Shown: in pieces, positions 14,169 through 25,907 of the stretch
Numbering within the stretch: the first letter of the stretch is position 1
How the letters are laid out: every line of letters begins with the position of its first letter
Program-made: the position numbers and the translations under genes
Notes under the pieces: generated by a model
What the model was told of the DNA's origin: nothing
Seen by the model: the letters and a program-made list of their open reading frames with translations, nothing else
The model's database searches: none
Source of the DNA: Xanthobacteraceae bacterium
GTDB lineage: Bacteria; Pseudomonadota; Alphaproteobacteria; Rhizobiales; Xanthobacteraceae
Direction of reading: 5' to 3'
Length of the DNA stretch: 64,000 nucleotides
Assembly (NCBI GenBank): GCA_041918675.1
Contig: JAYRVF010000012.1
Span: forward strand, 88,902-152,901

Positions 14169-14690
14169 CTAAATCGGCTTGACCGTCACCAAGATGACAA
14201 TGACGATCATCAACAGGGTCGGGACCTCATTGATGATCCGGTAGAATTTCGGCGGATGCGCGTTGCGGTCGGCCGCGAAATCCCTCACCCAGCGCGCCAA
14301 CAGCCCATGTACGGCCGAAAGCCCGATCACGAGGGCAAGTTTCAGCAAAAACCAGGCCTCCGTCAGGAAATGGCCGTGCCAACCGAGCCAAAGGCCCAAC
14401 ACCCAGCTGACCACCATCGCGGGGTTGATGATGAAACGCAGCAGCCGACGTTCCATCACCTTGAACGTTTCGGACTGCTTCGAGCCCACCTCCGCCTCGC
14501 AATGGTAAACGAACAGGCGGGGCAGATAGAGCATCCCGGCCATCCATGAGATCACCGCGATGATGTGGATCGCCTTGATCCAGAGGTAGATGCCATCGCT
14601 CCGCCAGAAGATCAGGACGCCCGCGAGCGCGGCCGTGATCAGCAGCGCGGTCGCCGCCCGGATCGTCACTTTTCTGGTCTCGGCGGTCAT
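14169..14690 (-). CDS. hemJ: protoporphyrinogen IX oxidase HemJ (UPF0093 membrane protein)
   Basis: 173-aa multi-pass membrane protein with the [26 protein letters not shown] motif. Its ATG overlaps the hemE stop (ATGA). Confidence 0.78.
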   Translation of the reverse strand: MTAETRKVTIRAATALLITAALAGVLIFWRSDGIYLWIKAIHIIAVISWMAGMLYLPRLFVYHCEAEVGSKQSETFKVMERRLLRFIINPAMVVSWVLGLWLGWHGHFLTEAWFLLKLALVIGLSAVHGLLARWVRDFAADRNAHPPKFYRIINEVPTLLMIVIVILVTVKPI

Positions 14691-15736
14691 TTCGTCGTCC
14701 GCTTCGCCGCGCCCCGAACCCGGGAAAGCATGTCCTCAACATGCGCGACCGGCGTTTCCGGCAAAATGCCGTGCCCGAGATTGAAGATGAACCGGCTCCC
14801 GGCGAAGTCTCGCAATATCGCGTCGACCGCGCGCGAAAGCGCTTCCCCACCTGCAAGCAGCGCGAGCGGATCGAGATTTCCCTGGATCGCGACCGACTGG
14901 CCGACCTGCCGCGCGATCGATGTCCGGTCCGCCGTCCAGTCGATACTGACGCCATCGACCGCGACGCGTTCCAAGTAACGCGGCAGCAGCGCGCCCGCCC
15001 CGCGCGGAAAGCCAATCACCCGCGCGCCGGGAATTTGGCGCCGCAATCCGGAAACGATTCGCTCGCAGGGCTCGACGCACCAGCGCATGAACTCTTCCGG
15101 CGGCAGCACGCCGGCCCAAGTATCGAACAGTTGCACCGCGTCGACGCCAGCCTCGAATTGCCGGGTGAGATAGGAAATCGAATTCTCGACGAGAATGTCG
15201 ATCAACTGGCTGAACGCGGCGGGTTCGCGATAGGCGAACATCCGCGCGGGAGCCTGATCCGGCGTTCCCCGTCCCGCGATCATATAGGTCGCGACGGTCC
15301 ACGGCGCGCCGCAAAACCCGAGAAACGTCACATTCGCCGGAAGATCGCGGCGCACCAGCCGGATCGTCTCGTAGACCGGCGCCAGAATTGTCGCGTCGGC
15401 TTGCCCGCGCAATCGCTCGATCGCGTCCGCGTCTTCAAGCGGGTTAAGCTGTGGTCCCTCGCCAACGCTGAACGTCACCGTTTGGCCTAACGCATGGGGA
15501 ATGACCAGAATATCCGAAAAAAGAATCGCTGCGTCGAAACCAAACCGCCGGATCGGTTGCAGCGTGACCTCCGCCGCCAATGTCGGATTGAAGCAAAGAT
15601 CGAGAAAGGAGCCGGCCTTGGTCCTGACCTCGCGATATTCCGACAGATAGCGTCCGGCCTGACGCATCATCCATACCGGAGGAGATGGAAGCGCCTTGCC
15701 GTTCAGGACGTCGAGCACTGGCTTATTCGCGGACAT
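14687..15736 (-). CDS. hemE: uroporphyrinogen decarboxylase
   Basis: It has the [12 protein letters not shown] signature. The ATG at 15736 was preferred over the TTG at 15760. Confidence 0.95.
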   Translation of the reverse strand: MSANKPVLDVLNGKALPSPPVWMMRQAGRYLSEYREVRTKAGSFLDLCFNPTLAAEVTLQPIRRFGFDAAILFSDILVIPHALGQTVTFSVGEGPQLNPLEDADAIERLRGQADATILAPVYETIRLVRRDLPANVTFLGFCGAPWTVATYMIAGRGTPDQAPARMFAYREPAAFSQLIDILVENSISYLTRQFEAGVDAVQLFDTWAGVLPPEEFMRWCVEPCERIVSGLRRQIPGARVIGFPRGAGALLPRYLERVAVDGVSIDWTADRTSIARQVGQSVAIQGNLDPLALLAGGEALSRAVDAILRDFAGSRFIFNLGHGILPETPVAHVEDMLSRVRGAAKRTTK

Positions 15737-16105
15737 CGCCCCCAAGGACCCCCTCACCAAAAAGATCTAATTTGAATCTGTTGTTGTTTATTGGGCTGGA
15801 GACTGGACTCATAAGTTTTCGTCCAACGCTTGCCACTGGTTTTTCCGGCGGGGACGGCTTGTCCCTTCTTCCTGGAGCTTTTTCCCGAACTGGTCAATGC
15901 CACTGGAAAAGCTCGCTTTTTTGCTCCCGGCTGGCATTGATATCAAGAGACAAATTCACATCTTCCCAGTATCATCGCGGCACGCGAAAAAAGTCTCCCG
16001 AAAAAGGCAAATGTGGACAAGCCTGAAGTCTTTCCCGGCCTCCTGACCGCGGGTGCGCGGGAGGCACGGATCTTCCCCATCGATTCACAGGTCGACCAAC
16101 CGCCA
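15737..16105. other. candidate chromosomal replication origin (oriC/Cori) region
   Basis: It is the only long AT-rich non-coding gap of the window, with its AT-rich core around 15761-15835. It lies between hemE and the DUF299 gene, the position of Cori in Caulobacter and of oriC in other alphaproteobacteria. It has one near-consensus DnaA box, TGTGGACAA (16012-16020, reverse TTGTCCACA), and GANTC sites at 15774, 15806 and 16082. Confidence 0.5.
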
Positions 16106-16948
16106 ATGCCGTCCGAAACCGCCAGCTACTTTCACCTTCACCTCGTCTCCGATTCCACCGGCGAAACGCTGACGACCGTCGCGCGCGCGGTCGCGGCGCA
16201 ATACACCAATGTGACCGCGGTCGAGCATGTCTATCCGCTGGTGCGCAGCCAGAAGCAACTCGACCGCGTCCTCGCCGAGATCGAGGACGAGCCCGGGATC
16301 GTGCTATTCACGCTGCTCGAGCGCGACCTGGTGACGCGGCTCGAGGGCAAGTGCCAGGAAATCAACATCCCCAGCCTTTCGATCATTGGGCCCGTGCTGC
16401 AACTGTTCCAGGCCTATCTCGGCGCGGAATCGACCCCGCGCGTTGGCGCCCAGCACATGCTGAATTCCGATTATTTCAAGCGGATGGACGCGCTCAATTA
16501 CACCATGCTGCATGATGATGGGCAGCATGTCGACGATCTCGAAAACGCCGACGTCGTGCTGGTGGGCGTGTCGCGCACGTCGAAGACGCCGACCTCGATC
16601 TATCTCGCCAATCGCGGCGTGCGCACCGCCAATATCCCGCTGGTGCCGGGAATTCCAATCCCGCCGCAGCTCGAGACGTTGAAGAAACCGCTGGTGGTCG
16701 GGCTGTTCGCGACACCGGAACGAATCATCCAGGTCCGACAGAACCGCCTCCTTGGCCTGCGCGGCAATATCGAGGATGACAGCTATGTCAATCGCAACGC
16801 GGTCGCCGATGAAATCGCGCTCTCGCGCCGGTTGTGCGCGCGCTACAACTGGGCGCTGATCGACGTGACGCGACGGTCGATCGAAGAGACGGCGGCCGCG
16901 ATCATGAAGCTCTATGCCGACCGCCAGCGGGCCTGGGTTCCCTCATGA
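16106..16948 (+). CDS. pyruvate,phosphate dikinase / PEP synthase regulatory kinase-pyrophosphorylase (DUF299, PpsR-like)
   Basis: It has the [13 protein letters not shown] motif and the P-loop-like [15 protein letters not shown]. The ATG at 16106 was preferred over the GTG at 16013. Confidence 0.85.
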   Translation: MPSETASYFHLHLVSDSTGETLTTVARAVAAQYTNVTAVEHVYPLVRSQKQLDRVLAEIEDEPGIVLFTLLERDLVTRLEGKCQEINIPSLSIIGPVLQLFQAYLGAESTPRVGAQHMLNSDYFKRMDALNYTMLHDDGQHVDDLENADVVLVGVSRTSKTPTSIYLANRGVRTANIPLVPGIPIPPQLETLKKPLVVGLFATPERIIQVRQNRLLGLRGNIEDDSYVNRNAVADEIALSRRLCARYNWALIDVTRRSIEETAAAIMKLYADRQRAWVPS

Positions 16949-17571
16949 GCTTGGGACGAGACGCGGGGTTCTGGCGAGACGCGCGGCCGCTCGTTCTGGC
17001 CTCGGCCAGTCCCTCGCGGCAATACCTGCTTCGCAACGCCGGCCTGTCGTTCCTGACCGAGCCCGCCGATCTCGACGAACGCGCGGTCGAGGCACAAGCG
17101 GGCATTACCGATCCGCGCGAGGTCGCGCGCGTGCTCGCGCGCGCCAAGGCGCGCGCGGTCTCGCTGCGTTTGCCCGGCCACCATGTGATCGGCGCCGATC
17201 AGACGCTCGCGCTCGGTCAACGCCGCTTCTCCAAGCCCGCCGACCTCGCGGACGCGGCCGCGACGCTGCGCGCGCTACGGGGCGCGATCCACGACCTGCA
17301 TTCGGGCGTCGCGGTCGCGCTCGACGGGGAAGTCCTGTTCGATCATGTAGAGACCGCGCGCCTGACCATGCGTTGGTTGAGCGAAGACTTCATCGAGACC
17401 TATCTCGCGGGCGCCGGCGAAAGCGTGATGGCGAGCGTCGGCGCCTATCAACTCGAAGGTCTCGGCGTGCATCTGTTCGAAAGGATCGAGGGCGACCATT
17501 TCACCATTCTGGGGCTTCCGCTGGTGCCGCTGTTCGATTTTCTGCGGGCGCGCGGCGTTCTGGCGGGGTGA
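16945..17571 (+). CDS. maf: Maf-like nucleoside triphosphate pyrophosphatase
   Basis: It has the [14 protein letters not shown] motif. Its ATG overlaps the upstream stop (ATGA). Confidence 0.85.
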   Translation: MSLGRDAGFWRDARPLVLASASPSRQYLLRNAGLSFLTEPADLDERAVEAQAGITDPREVARVLARAKARAVSLRLPGHHVIGADQTLALGQRRFSKPADLADAAATLRALRGAIHDLHSGVAVALDGEVLFDHVETARLTMRWLSEDFIETYLAGAGESVMASVGAYQLEGLGVHLFERIEGDHFTILGLPLVPLFDFLRARGVLAG

Positions 17572-17575
17572 GCCA

Positions 17576-18190
17576 ATGGAGCGGAGCGCGATGAAAGTGC
17601 TGGGGCTGACCGGGTCGATCGGCATGGGCAAATCGACGACCGCCAGCCTCTTCGCCGAGCTCGGCGTGCCGGTCCATGATGCCGACGCCGCCGTTCACGC
17701 GCTTTACGAGAAGGATGCGGTACCCGCGATCGAGGCCGCCTTTCCCGGCACGGTTGTCGAGGGCCGCGTCGATCGCGGCAGGCTCGGCGCGCGCGTCCTC
17801 AACGATCCGCAAGCCATGGCGCGACTGGAGGCGATCGTCCATCCGCTGGTGCGCGAGGCTGAACTTGCGTTCCTTTCGCGCGCGGAAAAATCGGGAGCGC
17901 GCATCGTGGTGCTCGATATCCCGCTATTGTTCGAGACCGGAGGCGACCGGCGCGTCGACGCGGTGGTGGTGGTCTCCGCGCCCGCCGCCATGCAGCGCGA
18001 GCGGCTTCTCGCCCGCGAGGGCATGACGCCGGACAAGCTCGATGCTCTTCTGTCGCGTCAGATGCCGGACGAGGAAAAACGCGCGAGGGCGGATTTCATC
18101 GTGGATTCCTCGCGTGGCATCGAGCCGGTGCGCGTGAGAATCCGGGAAATACTGGCCGAGGTCGCTAAGATGCCCAAACGGGGCGGGTGA
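17576..18190 (+). CDS. coaE: dephospho-CoA kinase
   Basis: It has the [13 protein letters not shown]-loop. An alternative ATG lies at 17591. Confidence 0.9.
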   Translation: MERSAMKVLGLTGSIGMGKSTTASLFAELGVPVHDADAAVHALYEKDAVPAIEAAFPGTVVEGRVDRGRLGARVLNDPQAMARLEAIVHPLVREAELAFLSRAEKSGARIVVLDIPLLFETGGDRRVDAVVVVSAPAAMQRERLLAREGMTPDKLDALLSRQMPDEEKRARADFIVDSSRGIEPVRVRIREILAEVAKMPKRGG

Positions 18191-18251
18191 TTCGGCGCGC
18201 CACGCGAATTCGCCCGGCCGTTTCGGCGAGAAATGCGGCAAGGACCGACCC

Positions 18252-18956
18252 ATGCGGGAAATCGTGCTCGATACCGAAACGACGGGGCTCGATCCCCTGC
18301 AGGGGCACCGCCTTGTCGAAATCGGTTGCGTCGAACTCGTCAACCGCATTCCGAGCGGTCAGACCTTCCACCGCTATCTCAATCCCGAGCGCGAGATGCC
18401 GGCGGAGGCCTTCGCGATCCACGGCCTGTCGACGCAGTTCCTGTCCGACAAAGAGCTCTTCGTCGACATCGCGGACGAATTTCTCGAATTCATCGGTGAC
18501 GCGCCGCTGATCATTCACAACGCGTCGTTCGATATCGGCTTCATTAACGCGGAGCTTGATCGGGTCGCGCGCGCGCCGGTCGGGCGGGAACGCCTGGTCG
18601 ACACGCTGCTTCTGGCGCGGCGAAAAAATCCCGGCGGGCCCAACCGTCTCGACGATCTCTGCGCGCGCTACGGCATCGATAATTCGCGGCGCACCAAGCA
18701 CGGGGCCCTGCTGGACGCCGAACTTCTCGCCGAGGTCTATATCGAGCTGATCGATGCCCGGCAGGCGCGGCTTGTCCTGAACGAGGCGCGCGAGCGAACG
18801 GCGGCGATCACCCCAGGCGGCCCGCGCCCGGAGCGACCCGTTCCGCTGAGCGCGCGCGTGAGCGATGAAGATCGCGCCGCGCATGCCCAATTCGTCGCGA
18901 CATTGGGCGATGCGCCGCTGTGGAGCGAATTCGTCTCCGGCGATCGGTCGCGGTAG
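18252..18956 (+). CDS. dnaQ: DNA polymerase III subunit epsilon (3'-5' exonuclease)
   Basis: It carries the Exo I (DTETTGL), Exo II (HNASFDIGF) and Exo III (HGALLDAELLAEVY) motifs. Confidence 0.92.
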   Translation: MREIVLDTETTGLDPLQGHRLVEIGCVELVNRIPSGQTFHRYLNPEREMPAEAFAIHGLSTQFLSDKELFVDIADEFLEFIGDAPLIIHNASFDIGFINAELDRVARAPVGRERLVDTLLLARRKNPGGPNRLDDLCARYGIDNSRRTKHGALLDAELLAEVYIELIDARQARLVLNEARERTAAITPGGPRPERPVPLSARVSDEDRAAHAQFVATLGDAPLWSEFVSGDRSR

Positions 18957-18981
18957 CGACGCGCGCCCAATTGTTCGATTT

Positions 18982-19473
18982 CTAATCGTCCGACTTCGGC
19001 GGCGGGGACGCGCTCTGTTGCGCGCGCGCCATGTTCTGGCGGTAGAGGCCGACGAAATCGACCGGATCGAGCAGCAGCGGGGGAAAGCCGCCGTCGCGCA
19101 CGGCCGAGGCGATGATCTCGCGGGCGAAGGGGAAGAGCAGGCGCGGGCACTCGATCATCACCAGCGGATGCAGGTTTTCCTGCGGCACGTTGACGATGCG
19201 GAAGACGCCGGCATAGACCAGCTCGAAATTGAACAGCAGCGTCGATGTCTGCTCGGCCTTGCCCTCGATCTTGAGCGCGACCTCGTATTCGTCCGGCGAA
19301 ATCGGGTTGGCGTTGACGTTGATCTGGATGTTGATCGTCGGCTGCTTCTGGCTGGGCGCGAGCGATTTCGGCGCGTTCGGGTTCTCGAACGAGAAATCCT
19401 TGGTGTATTGCGCGAGCACGTTAAGCTGGGGCAGCGCGTCGGCCTCGGAAGGCGCACCATTGCCATTCGTCAT
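18982..19473 (-). CDS. secB: protein-export chaperone SecB
   Basis: A 164-aa product from the ATG at 19473, with typical SecB motifs ([16 protein letters not shown] and [11 protein letters not shown]). Confidence 0.92.
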   Translation of the reverse strand: MTNGNGAPSEADALPQLNVLAQYTKDFSFENPNAPKSLAPSQKQPTINIQINVNANPISPDEYEVALKIEGKAEQTSTLLFNFELVYAGVFRIVNVPQENLHPLVMIECPRLLFPFAREIIASAVRDGGFPPLLLDPVDFVGLYRQNMARAQQSASPPPKSDD

Positions 19474-19867
19474 AATACCCTCCTCCGGCCTGAAAAACGG
19501 GCCCATTTCGGTGGGCGACTGGCTATCACAGGGGCAAATGGGCGACAAGGTCGCCTCTCCGGCCCGGCCTGCGAGGCGTCGCGGCGGTTGGCCGGGTGCG
19601 ACGGATCGTCTAGAATTCACCGCGATTCCGGTGGAAACTGACGGATATTCAGGCGTTGCAAGACACCTCGCCTGGCCGGATTGCCAGATGCTCGCCCTTG
19701 GCGGGAGCCGGTCATGCGCCTAAATGATAAGAAGTCGAATTCCATCGAGGGGCGCGACGGTGAGGTGAGCGGCCGAAAAACCGCCTCGAACCATTTCGTT
19801 GAGTCCCGGAATGCGACGAACGGGCCGACCGCGGCGCCGGTCGATCGAGCCAGAGGACGAGCCAACA

Positions 19868-20572
19868 GTGTTTGACATCTACACCATCATCTTTCTGGCG
19901 CTTGCCGTGTTCATCTTCCTGCGGCTGCGCAGCGTGCTCGGCCAGCGCACGGGCGACGAGCGCTCGCCCTACGATGTCGCGCCGTCGAAGGATGCCAACG
20001 TCCTCGGCAAGGGCAATGTGGTGCCGCTGCCGGGCCGGGACGAGCCGCCCGCGTCCGCTTCGCCCGCGGATGGAGCCGCGGCGCTCGATCGCTGGAAGGG
20101 AATAGCCGACGCCGATTCGCCGCTGGCCAAGGGCCTCGACGCCATCGCCGCGCAGTCGCCCGGATTTGACATGCGGCATTTCATCGCCGGCGCGCGCGGC
20201 GCCTATGAGATGATCGTGCTCGCCTTCGCCCATGGCGACCGGCGCACCTTGAAAGACCTGTTGTCGACGGAAGTGTATGAGGGTTTCGACGAAGCCCTGC
20301 GCGAGCGGGAATCGCGCGGCGAGACGATGGAGACGCGCTTCGTCTCGATCGACAAGGCCGTCGCCGAAAGCGCGGAGATGAGGGGCCGCATGGCGCAGCT
20401 CACGCTGCGCTTCGTCTCGCAGATCGTCTCCGTCACGCGCGACAAATCCGGCAACGCGGTCGACGGCAACGCGGACCAGGTAACGGATGTGACCGATGTT
20501 TGGACATTTGCCCGAGATGTCTCCTCGCGCGATCCGAACTGGAAGCTGGTCGCGACCGAATCCGGCCAATAA
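19868..20572 (+). CDS. Tim44-like domain protein (membrane anchored)
   Basis: It has an N-terminal TM segment (IYTIIFLALAVFIFLRLRSVLG) and a C-terminal Tim44-like domain, and shows the conserved secB-divergent position. The start is uncertain: GTG 19868 by analogy to homologs, ATG 19811 or TTG 19799 are also possible. Confidence 0.72.
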   Translation: MFDIYTIIFLALAVFIFLRLRSVLGQRTGDERSPYDVAPSKDANVLGKGNVVPLPGRDEPPASASPADGAAALDRWKGIADADSPLAKGLDAIAAQSPGFDMRHFIAGARGAYEMIVLAFAHGDRRTLKDLLSTEVYEGFDEALRERESRGETMETRFVSIDKAVAESAEMRGRMAQLTLRFVSQIVSVTRDKSGNAVDGNADQVTDVTDVWTFARDVSSRDPNWKLVATESGQ

Positions 20573-21899
20573 TTCCGGCAAGCGCCCCGGCGATCGATGT
20601 CGGCGCGCCTCGGCCATCGCCGCCGGCGTCGTCATCGCGCTTGATTTGTTCGCGCCAAATCCGGCCGGGGCGCGTGGACGCGATTTCGCGGTCTTCGAAT
20701 TTCCGAACGCGCAATACCAGCCGCTCGAGTGGCGCGCCGTCGATGGCTGGGCGAACGACGACCAGCTCGAGGCCTTCCGCGCGTTCCGGACGAGCTGCCG
20801 GGCGGTGGTCGCGCAGGGAAAAAGCGCCAACGCCGATAAGCCGCTGAAGGATTCGCTGCGCGCGCCATGTCTTGCCGCGCGCGCCGCCCATGTCGGCGAC
20901 GCCGACGATGCCCGCCGCTTTTTCGAGCGCCACTTCGTGCCGTTGCGGCTGTCGAAACTCGGCGAGGCGGAGGGCTTCGTCACCGGCTATTTCGAGCCGA
21001 TCGTGGACGGCTCGCGCGCGCGGAGTGATGTCTTCAGCGTGCCGGTCTATCGCAAGCCCTCGAACCTGTTCGTGCGGGGCTTCCGCCAATCCTCGGAGAA
21101 TCTGCCCAATCGCGGCCAGGTCTTTCGCAAGATTGGGCGGCGCAAACTCGTTCCCTATTACGAGCGCGGCGAGATCGAGGAAGGCGCGCTCGCCGGGCGC
21201 AAGCTTGAGATCTGCTGGGTCAAGAGCCAGACCGATCTGCTGTTCATGCAGATCCAGGGCTCCGCGCGCGTCCGCCTCGAGGACGGCACGACGCTGCGCA
21301 TCAATTACGACGCCCATAACGGCCATCCCTATACGCCCGTCGGCCGCGTGCTGATCGACCGGGGGATCATCCCGCGCGAGGAAATGTCGATGCAGCGCAT
21401 CCGACAATGGCTCGCCGAAAATCCCGACAAGGAGACCGAGCTCCGCCGGCAGAACAAGTCCTATGTGTTTTTCCGGGAGGTCGCGCTGTCCGATCAAGAC
21501 GAGCCGCGCGGCGCGCAAGGGGTCGCGCTCAAGGCCGGACGCTCGATCGCGATCGACAAGGCGCTCCATGTCTACGGCACGCCGTTTTTCGTCGACGGCC
21601 GCTTGCCGATCGAGAGCGCTCAACCGAATTCGACCTTTCAGCGGCTGATGATCGCGCAGGATACGGGATCGGCGATCGTGGGGCCGGCGCGCGCCGACAT
21701 CTATTTCGGGGCGGGCGCGGAGGCGGGAAGGATTTCCGGCCGGCTGCGCCATCCCGCGCGTTTTGTGCTGCTGCTGCCGACCGCGCTCGACCCATCGGCC
21801 GCCGCGGCGCGGGCGCCGCTTCCCGTCGCGCGACCCTCGGCCAGGATCGCCAAGCTGCTCGCGGCGGCCGAGAGCCAAGGCAAGAGCCGCTCCAAATGA
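20496..21899 (+). CDS. mltA: murein transglycosylase A (MltA family, with 3D domain)
   Basis: It matches the MltA pattern (GYFEP, LEICWV, DLLFMQIQGS, DTGSAI). The start is uncertain (ATG 20496 or 20517), and both overlap the tim44-like 3' end. Confidence 0.85.
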   Translation: MFGHLPEMSPRAIRTGSWSRPNPANNSGKRPGDRCRRASAIAAGVVIALDLFAPNPAGARGRDFAVFEFPNAQYQPLEWRAVDGWANDDQLEAFRAFRTSCRAVVAQGKSANADKPLKDSLRAPCLAARAAHVGDADDARRFFERHFVPLRLSKLGEAEGFVTGYFEPIVDGSRARSDVFSVPVYRKPSNLFVRGFRQSSENLPNRGQVFRKIGRRKLVPYYERGEIEEGALAGRKLEICWVKSQTDLLFMQIQGSARVRLEDGTTLRINYDAHNGHPYTPVGRVLIDRGIIPREEMSMQRIRQWLAENPDKETELRRQNKSYVFFREVALSDQDEPRGAQGVALKAGRSIAIDKALHVYGTPFFVDGRLPIESAQPNSTFQRLMIAQDTGSAIVGPARADIYFGAGAEAGRISGRLRHPARFVLLLPTALDPSAAAARAPLPVARPSARIAKLLAAAESQGKSRSK

Positions 21900-22525
21900 A
21901 AAAGCCGCCGCCAGCGCCCTCGCGCCGTCGTCGCGCGCTGACCGAGGACGAACGACGCCTGTGGGAAAGCGTCGCGAAGTCGGCCCATCCACTCAAGGGC
22001 AAGGCAACACGCGGCCATCATGGTGCGGACGAGCCCGCCTCGACGCGGGATGCGCGGCCGCCGCCGCGTGAGGCCGATCGCCCTGGGCGCGCGCTCTCTC
22101 ACGGAAAAAAGGCCGACGCGCCGCCAAGCGCCGCCGCCGCCACGCGAAAGCCGTCGCCCCCCGTGCCGGCGCGCGAGCCCGCGCCATTGAGCCGGAGGGA
22201 CAAGGCCAAGATCGCGCGCGGCCGCGACGCCATCGGCGCCTCGATCGACCTGCATGGCATGACGCAGAGCCAGGCCCATCGCGCGCTGCATCGCTTCATT
22301 CATCGTGTCTTCGGCGACGGCGGCGGGGTCGTCCTCGTCATCACCGGCAAGGGCGCGCGCGCGGCGCCGGAAACCGAACGCGGCGTGCTGTGGCGGCAGG
22401 TTCCGCACTGGCTCGCCTCGGCGGAATTTCGCGCCATGGTCGTCGGCTTCGACCGCGCTCATGTCGGCCATGGCGGCGACGGCGCGCTTTACGTGCGGGT
22501 AAGGCGCTCGCGCGGCGGGGAATGA
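21896..22525 (+). CDS. Smr/MutS2-type small endonuclease domain protein
   Basis: It has a C-terminal Smr domain (IDLHGMTQSQAHRAL...VLVITGKG). Its ATG overlaps the mltA stop (ATGA). The 372-aa track ORF is an upstream out-of-gene extension. Confidence 0.8.
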   Translation: MKKPPPAPSRRRRALTEDERRLWESVAKSAHPLKGKATRGHHGADEPASTRDARPPPREADRPGRALSHGKKADAPPSAAAATRKPSPPVPAREPAPLSRRDKAKIARGRDAIGASIDLHGMTQSQAHRALHRFIHRVFGDGGGVVLVITGKGARAAPETERGVLWRQVPHWLASAEFRAMVVGFDRAHVGHGGDGALYVRVRRSRGGE

Positions 22526-22538
22526 CCGGAAAAAGCGA

Positions 22539-23836
<1,298 letters not shown>

Positions 23837-23840
<4 letters not shown>

Positions 23841-24409
23841 CGCGGTCCACGGTCATCGTCGGAAAGGACTTCCAACGTCACATTGCGATTGGTGAAGACG
23901 CAGATATCGGCGGCGATGTCGAGCGCGCGGCGCACGATCGCCTCCGCGTCCTTGTCGGTATCGACAAGCGCCCGCGCGGCGGCGAGCGCGTAATTGCCGC
24001 CCGAGCCGATCGCCATGACGCCGCCCTCCGGCTCGAGCACGTCGCCCGTTCCGGTGAGGACCAGCGAGACCTGCAGGTCGGCGACGATCATCATCGCCTC
24101 GAGCCGGCGCAGATAGCGGTCGGTGCGCCAGTCCTTGGCGAGCTCGACGGCGGCGCGGGTGAGCTGGCCCGGATATTGCTCGAGCTTGGCCTCCAGCCGC
24201 TCGAACAGGGTGAAGGCATCCGCCGTCGCCCCGGCGAAGCCGCCGATGACGCCGCCCTTGCCGAGCTGACGGACCTTGCGGGCATTCGACTTGATGACGG
24301 TCTGGCCGATCGAGACCTGGCCGTCCCCGCCGATGACCACCTTGCCGCCCTTACGGACGGTCAGGATCGTGGTGCCGTGCCATTGCGGCTGTTCCGGGCG
24401 CGAACTCAT
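23837..24409 (-). CDS. hslV: ATP-dependent protease subunit HslV
   Basis: It has the [12 protein letters not shown]-terminal Thr protease motif. Its stop overlaps the hslU ATG. Confidence 0.95.
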
Positions 24410-24445
24410 GAATTTGGTCCAGTTGCTCGTGATCGACCTGATCTA

Positions 24446-24557
24446 GAGCAAATCCCGCAAAAGTGGAAACCACTTTTGCGAATGGGATTTGCTCAAGGCC
24501 TTGAATTTGGAGCATTTCATTTCGGCGAGACGATTTCGTCTCGCCGTGAAATCCTCC
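24446..24557. repeat. R2 double-palindrome repeat, copy 1 (hslV/hisB divergent spacer)
   Basis: It has module X, GAGCAAATCCCGCAAAAGTGG-AAA-CCACTTTTGCGAATGGGATTTGCTC, and module Y, GGAGCATTTCATTTCGGCGAGACGA-TTT-CGTCTCGCCGTGAAATCCTCC. It aligns in reverse orientation with 32347-32458. Confidence 0.6.
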
Positions 24558-24745
24558 ATGCATCGCCGGGTCGCCGTTCAATCGAAATGGGCTGGAAATG
24601 CCCGAGCCAGTCCCTTGACCATATCCCGATGCGCCAGTGGCGAAAGCCCGGCCGGCCTGTTAAAAGGGCGCGATTTTCGCGACCGCGAGGTTCTCGTCCG
24701 AAGAACCGGCATGTCCGAAAACCGACGGACCCAGGAACCGGCACC

Positions 24746-25339
24746 ATGCGCAAGGCGACCATCAGGCGCAAGACCAAGGAAACCGAGATCGAGGTGACGA
24801 TCGATCTCGACGGCACCGGCGCGCGCGAAATCGCGACCGGAATCGGTTTCCTCGACCACATGCTCGACCTGCTCGCGCGCCATTCGCGCATCGACATGCG
24901 GATCAGGGCCGTGGGCGACCTGCATGTCGACTATCATCACACCACGGAGGATGTCGGCATCGCCCTCGGCCAGGCGGTCAAGCAGGCGCTCGGCGACATG
25001 GCCGGAATCACCCGCTATGCGAGCCTGCATCTGCCGATGGACGAGACGCTGACGCGCGTGGCGATCGATATTTCAGGGCGGCCGGTGCTGGTGTTCAAGG
25101 CGGAGTTCTCGCGCGACAAGATCGGCGAGTTCGACACCGACCTCGTGCGCGAGTGGTTCCACGCCTTCACCCTCAATGCCGGGGTGACGCTGCATGTGGA
25201 GACGCTGTACGGCACCAACAACCACCATATCTCCGAATCCTGCTTCAAAGGTCTGGCGCGCGCGCTGCGGGCCGCGGTCGCCGTCGATCCGCGCGCGGCC
25301 GGAGAGGTGCCTTCCACCAAGGGGCAATTGGGCGGCTGA
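24746..25339 (+). CDS. hisB: imidazoleglycerol-phosphate dehydratase
   Basis: 197 aa from the ATG at 24746, with the [10 protein letters not shown] and [12 protein letters not shown] motifs. Confidence 0.95.
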   Translation: MRKATIRRKTKETEIEVTIDLDGTGAREIATGIGFLDHMLDLLARHSRIDMRIRAVGDLHVDYHHTTEDVGIALGQAVKQALGDMAGITRYASLHLPMDETLTRVAIDISGRPVLVFKAEFSRDKIGEFDTDLVREWFHAFTLNAGVTLHVETLYGTNNHHISESCFKGLARALRAAVAVDPRAAGEVPSTKGQLGG

Positions 25340-25388
25340 CGCGGAGGGCCTTCGCGCCCGTCGCGCCGATGGCGGAGTTTGAGTATCC

Positions 25389-25907
25389 ATGCCTGTCTAC
25401 ACCGTTCACGCGCCCGCCATCACGGGCGCCATTTCAAGCGCCCCGACGAATAGCTCGATCCGCGAGACCAGCGCCCGTCGCGCGGATAGCTTCGTCTTCG
25501 TGCGCGACGGCTTTCATGGCTGGGCGCTGTTTTTCGCGCCCTTCTGGCTCGCCGCGCATCGCCTTTGGCTCGCGCTTGGGGGCTATGTCGCTGGCGCGCT
25601 GATCCTGTCCGTCGCGATCGCGGCGACGGGCATCTCCGGCTGGCCGCCGGCCGTTGCCTTCCTCGGCCTTTCCCTGCTCGTCGCGCTTGAAGGCGGCACG
25701 TTGCGCCGCCGCGCCCTCGCGCGTCGCGGCTGGCGCGAGCTCGGCGTCGTCAACGCCCCCGATCTCGAGGCGGCCGAGCGGCGTTTCTTCGATTCCTGGG
25801 TGAAAGGAACGGGCGGCGCGCGCGCGGCCGCGCCCGATCACGTTCCGGCGAACGGGGCCGGCCTCGGCGTCATCGGTCTCTTTCCCGAGCCGGAGGCGCG
25901 GCGGTGA
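25389..25907 (+). CDS. DUF2628 family membrane protein
   Basis: 172 aa with two predicted TM helices ([24 protein letters not shown]). It occupies the usual alphaproteobacterial slot between hisB and hisH. Confidence 0.7.
   Translation: MPVYTVHAPAITGAISSAPTNSSIRETSARRADSFVFVRDGFHGWALFFAPFWLAAHRLWLALGGYVAGALILSVAIAATGISGWPPAVAFLGLSLLVALEGGTLRRRALARRGWRELGVVNAPDLEAAERRFFDSWVKGTGGARAAAPDHVPANGAGLGVIGLFPEPEARR

Noticed and set aside
15737-16105. CtrA boxes (TTAA-N7-TTAA) and multiple strong DnaA boxes in the candidate origin
   Set aside because: No TTAA-N7-TTAA is present, and only one 8/9 DnaA box was found. The origin call therefore rests mainly on synteny and AT-richness and is given moderate confidence only.
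21407-22525. Track ORFs that would give large N-terminally extended or fused proteins (21407-22525, 24176-25339, 26077-27291, 26589-28079, 40340-42040, 6328-8325, 59717-62245)
   Set aside because: In each case the recognisable protein family begins at an internal start. That start is often coupled to the upstream stop. The upstream part overlaps another real gene in a different frame or is antisense to one, so these are over-extended ORFs.
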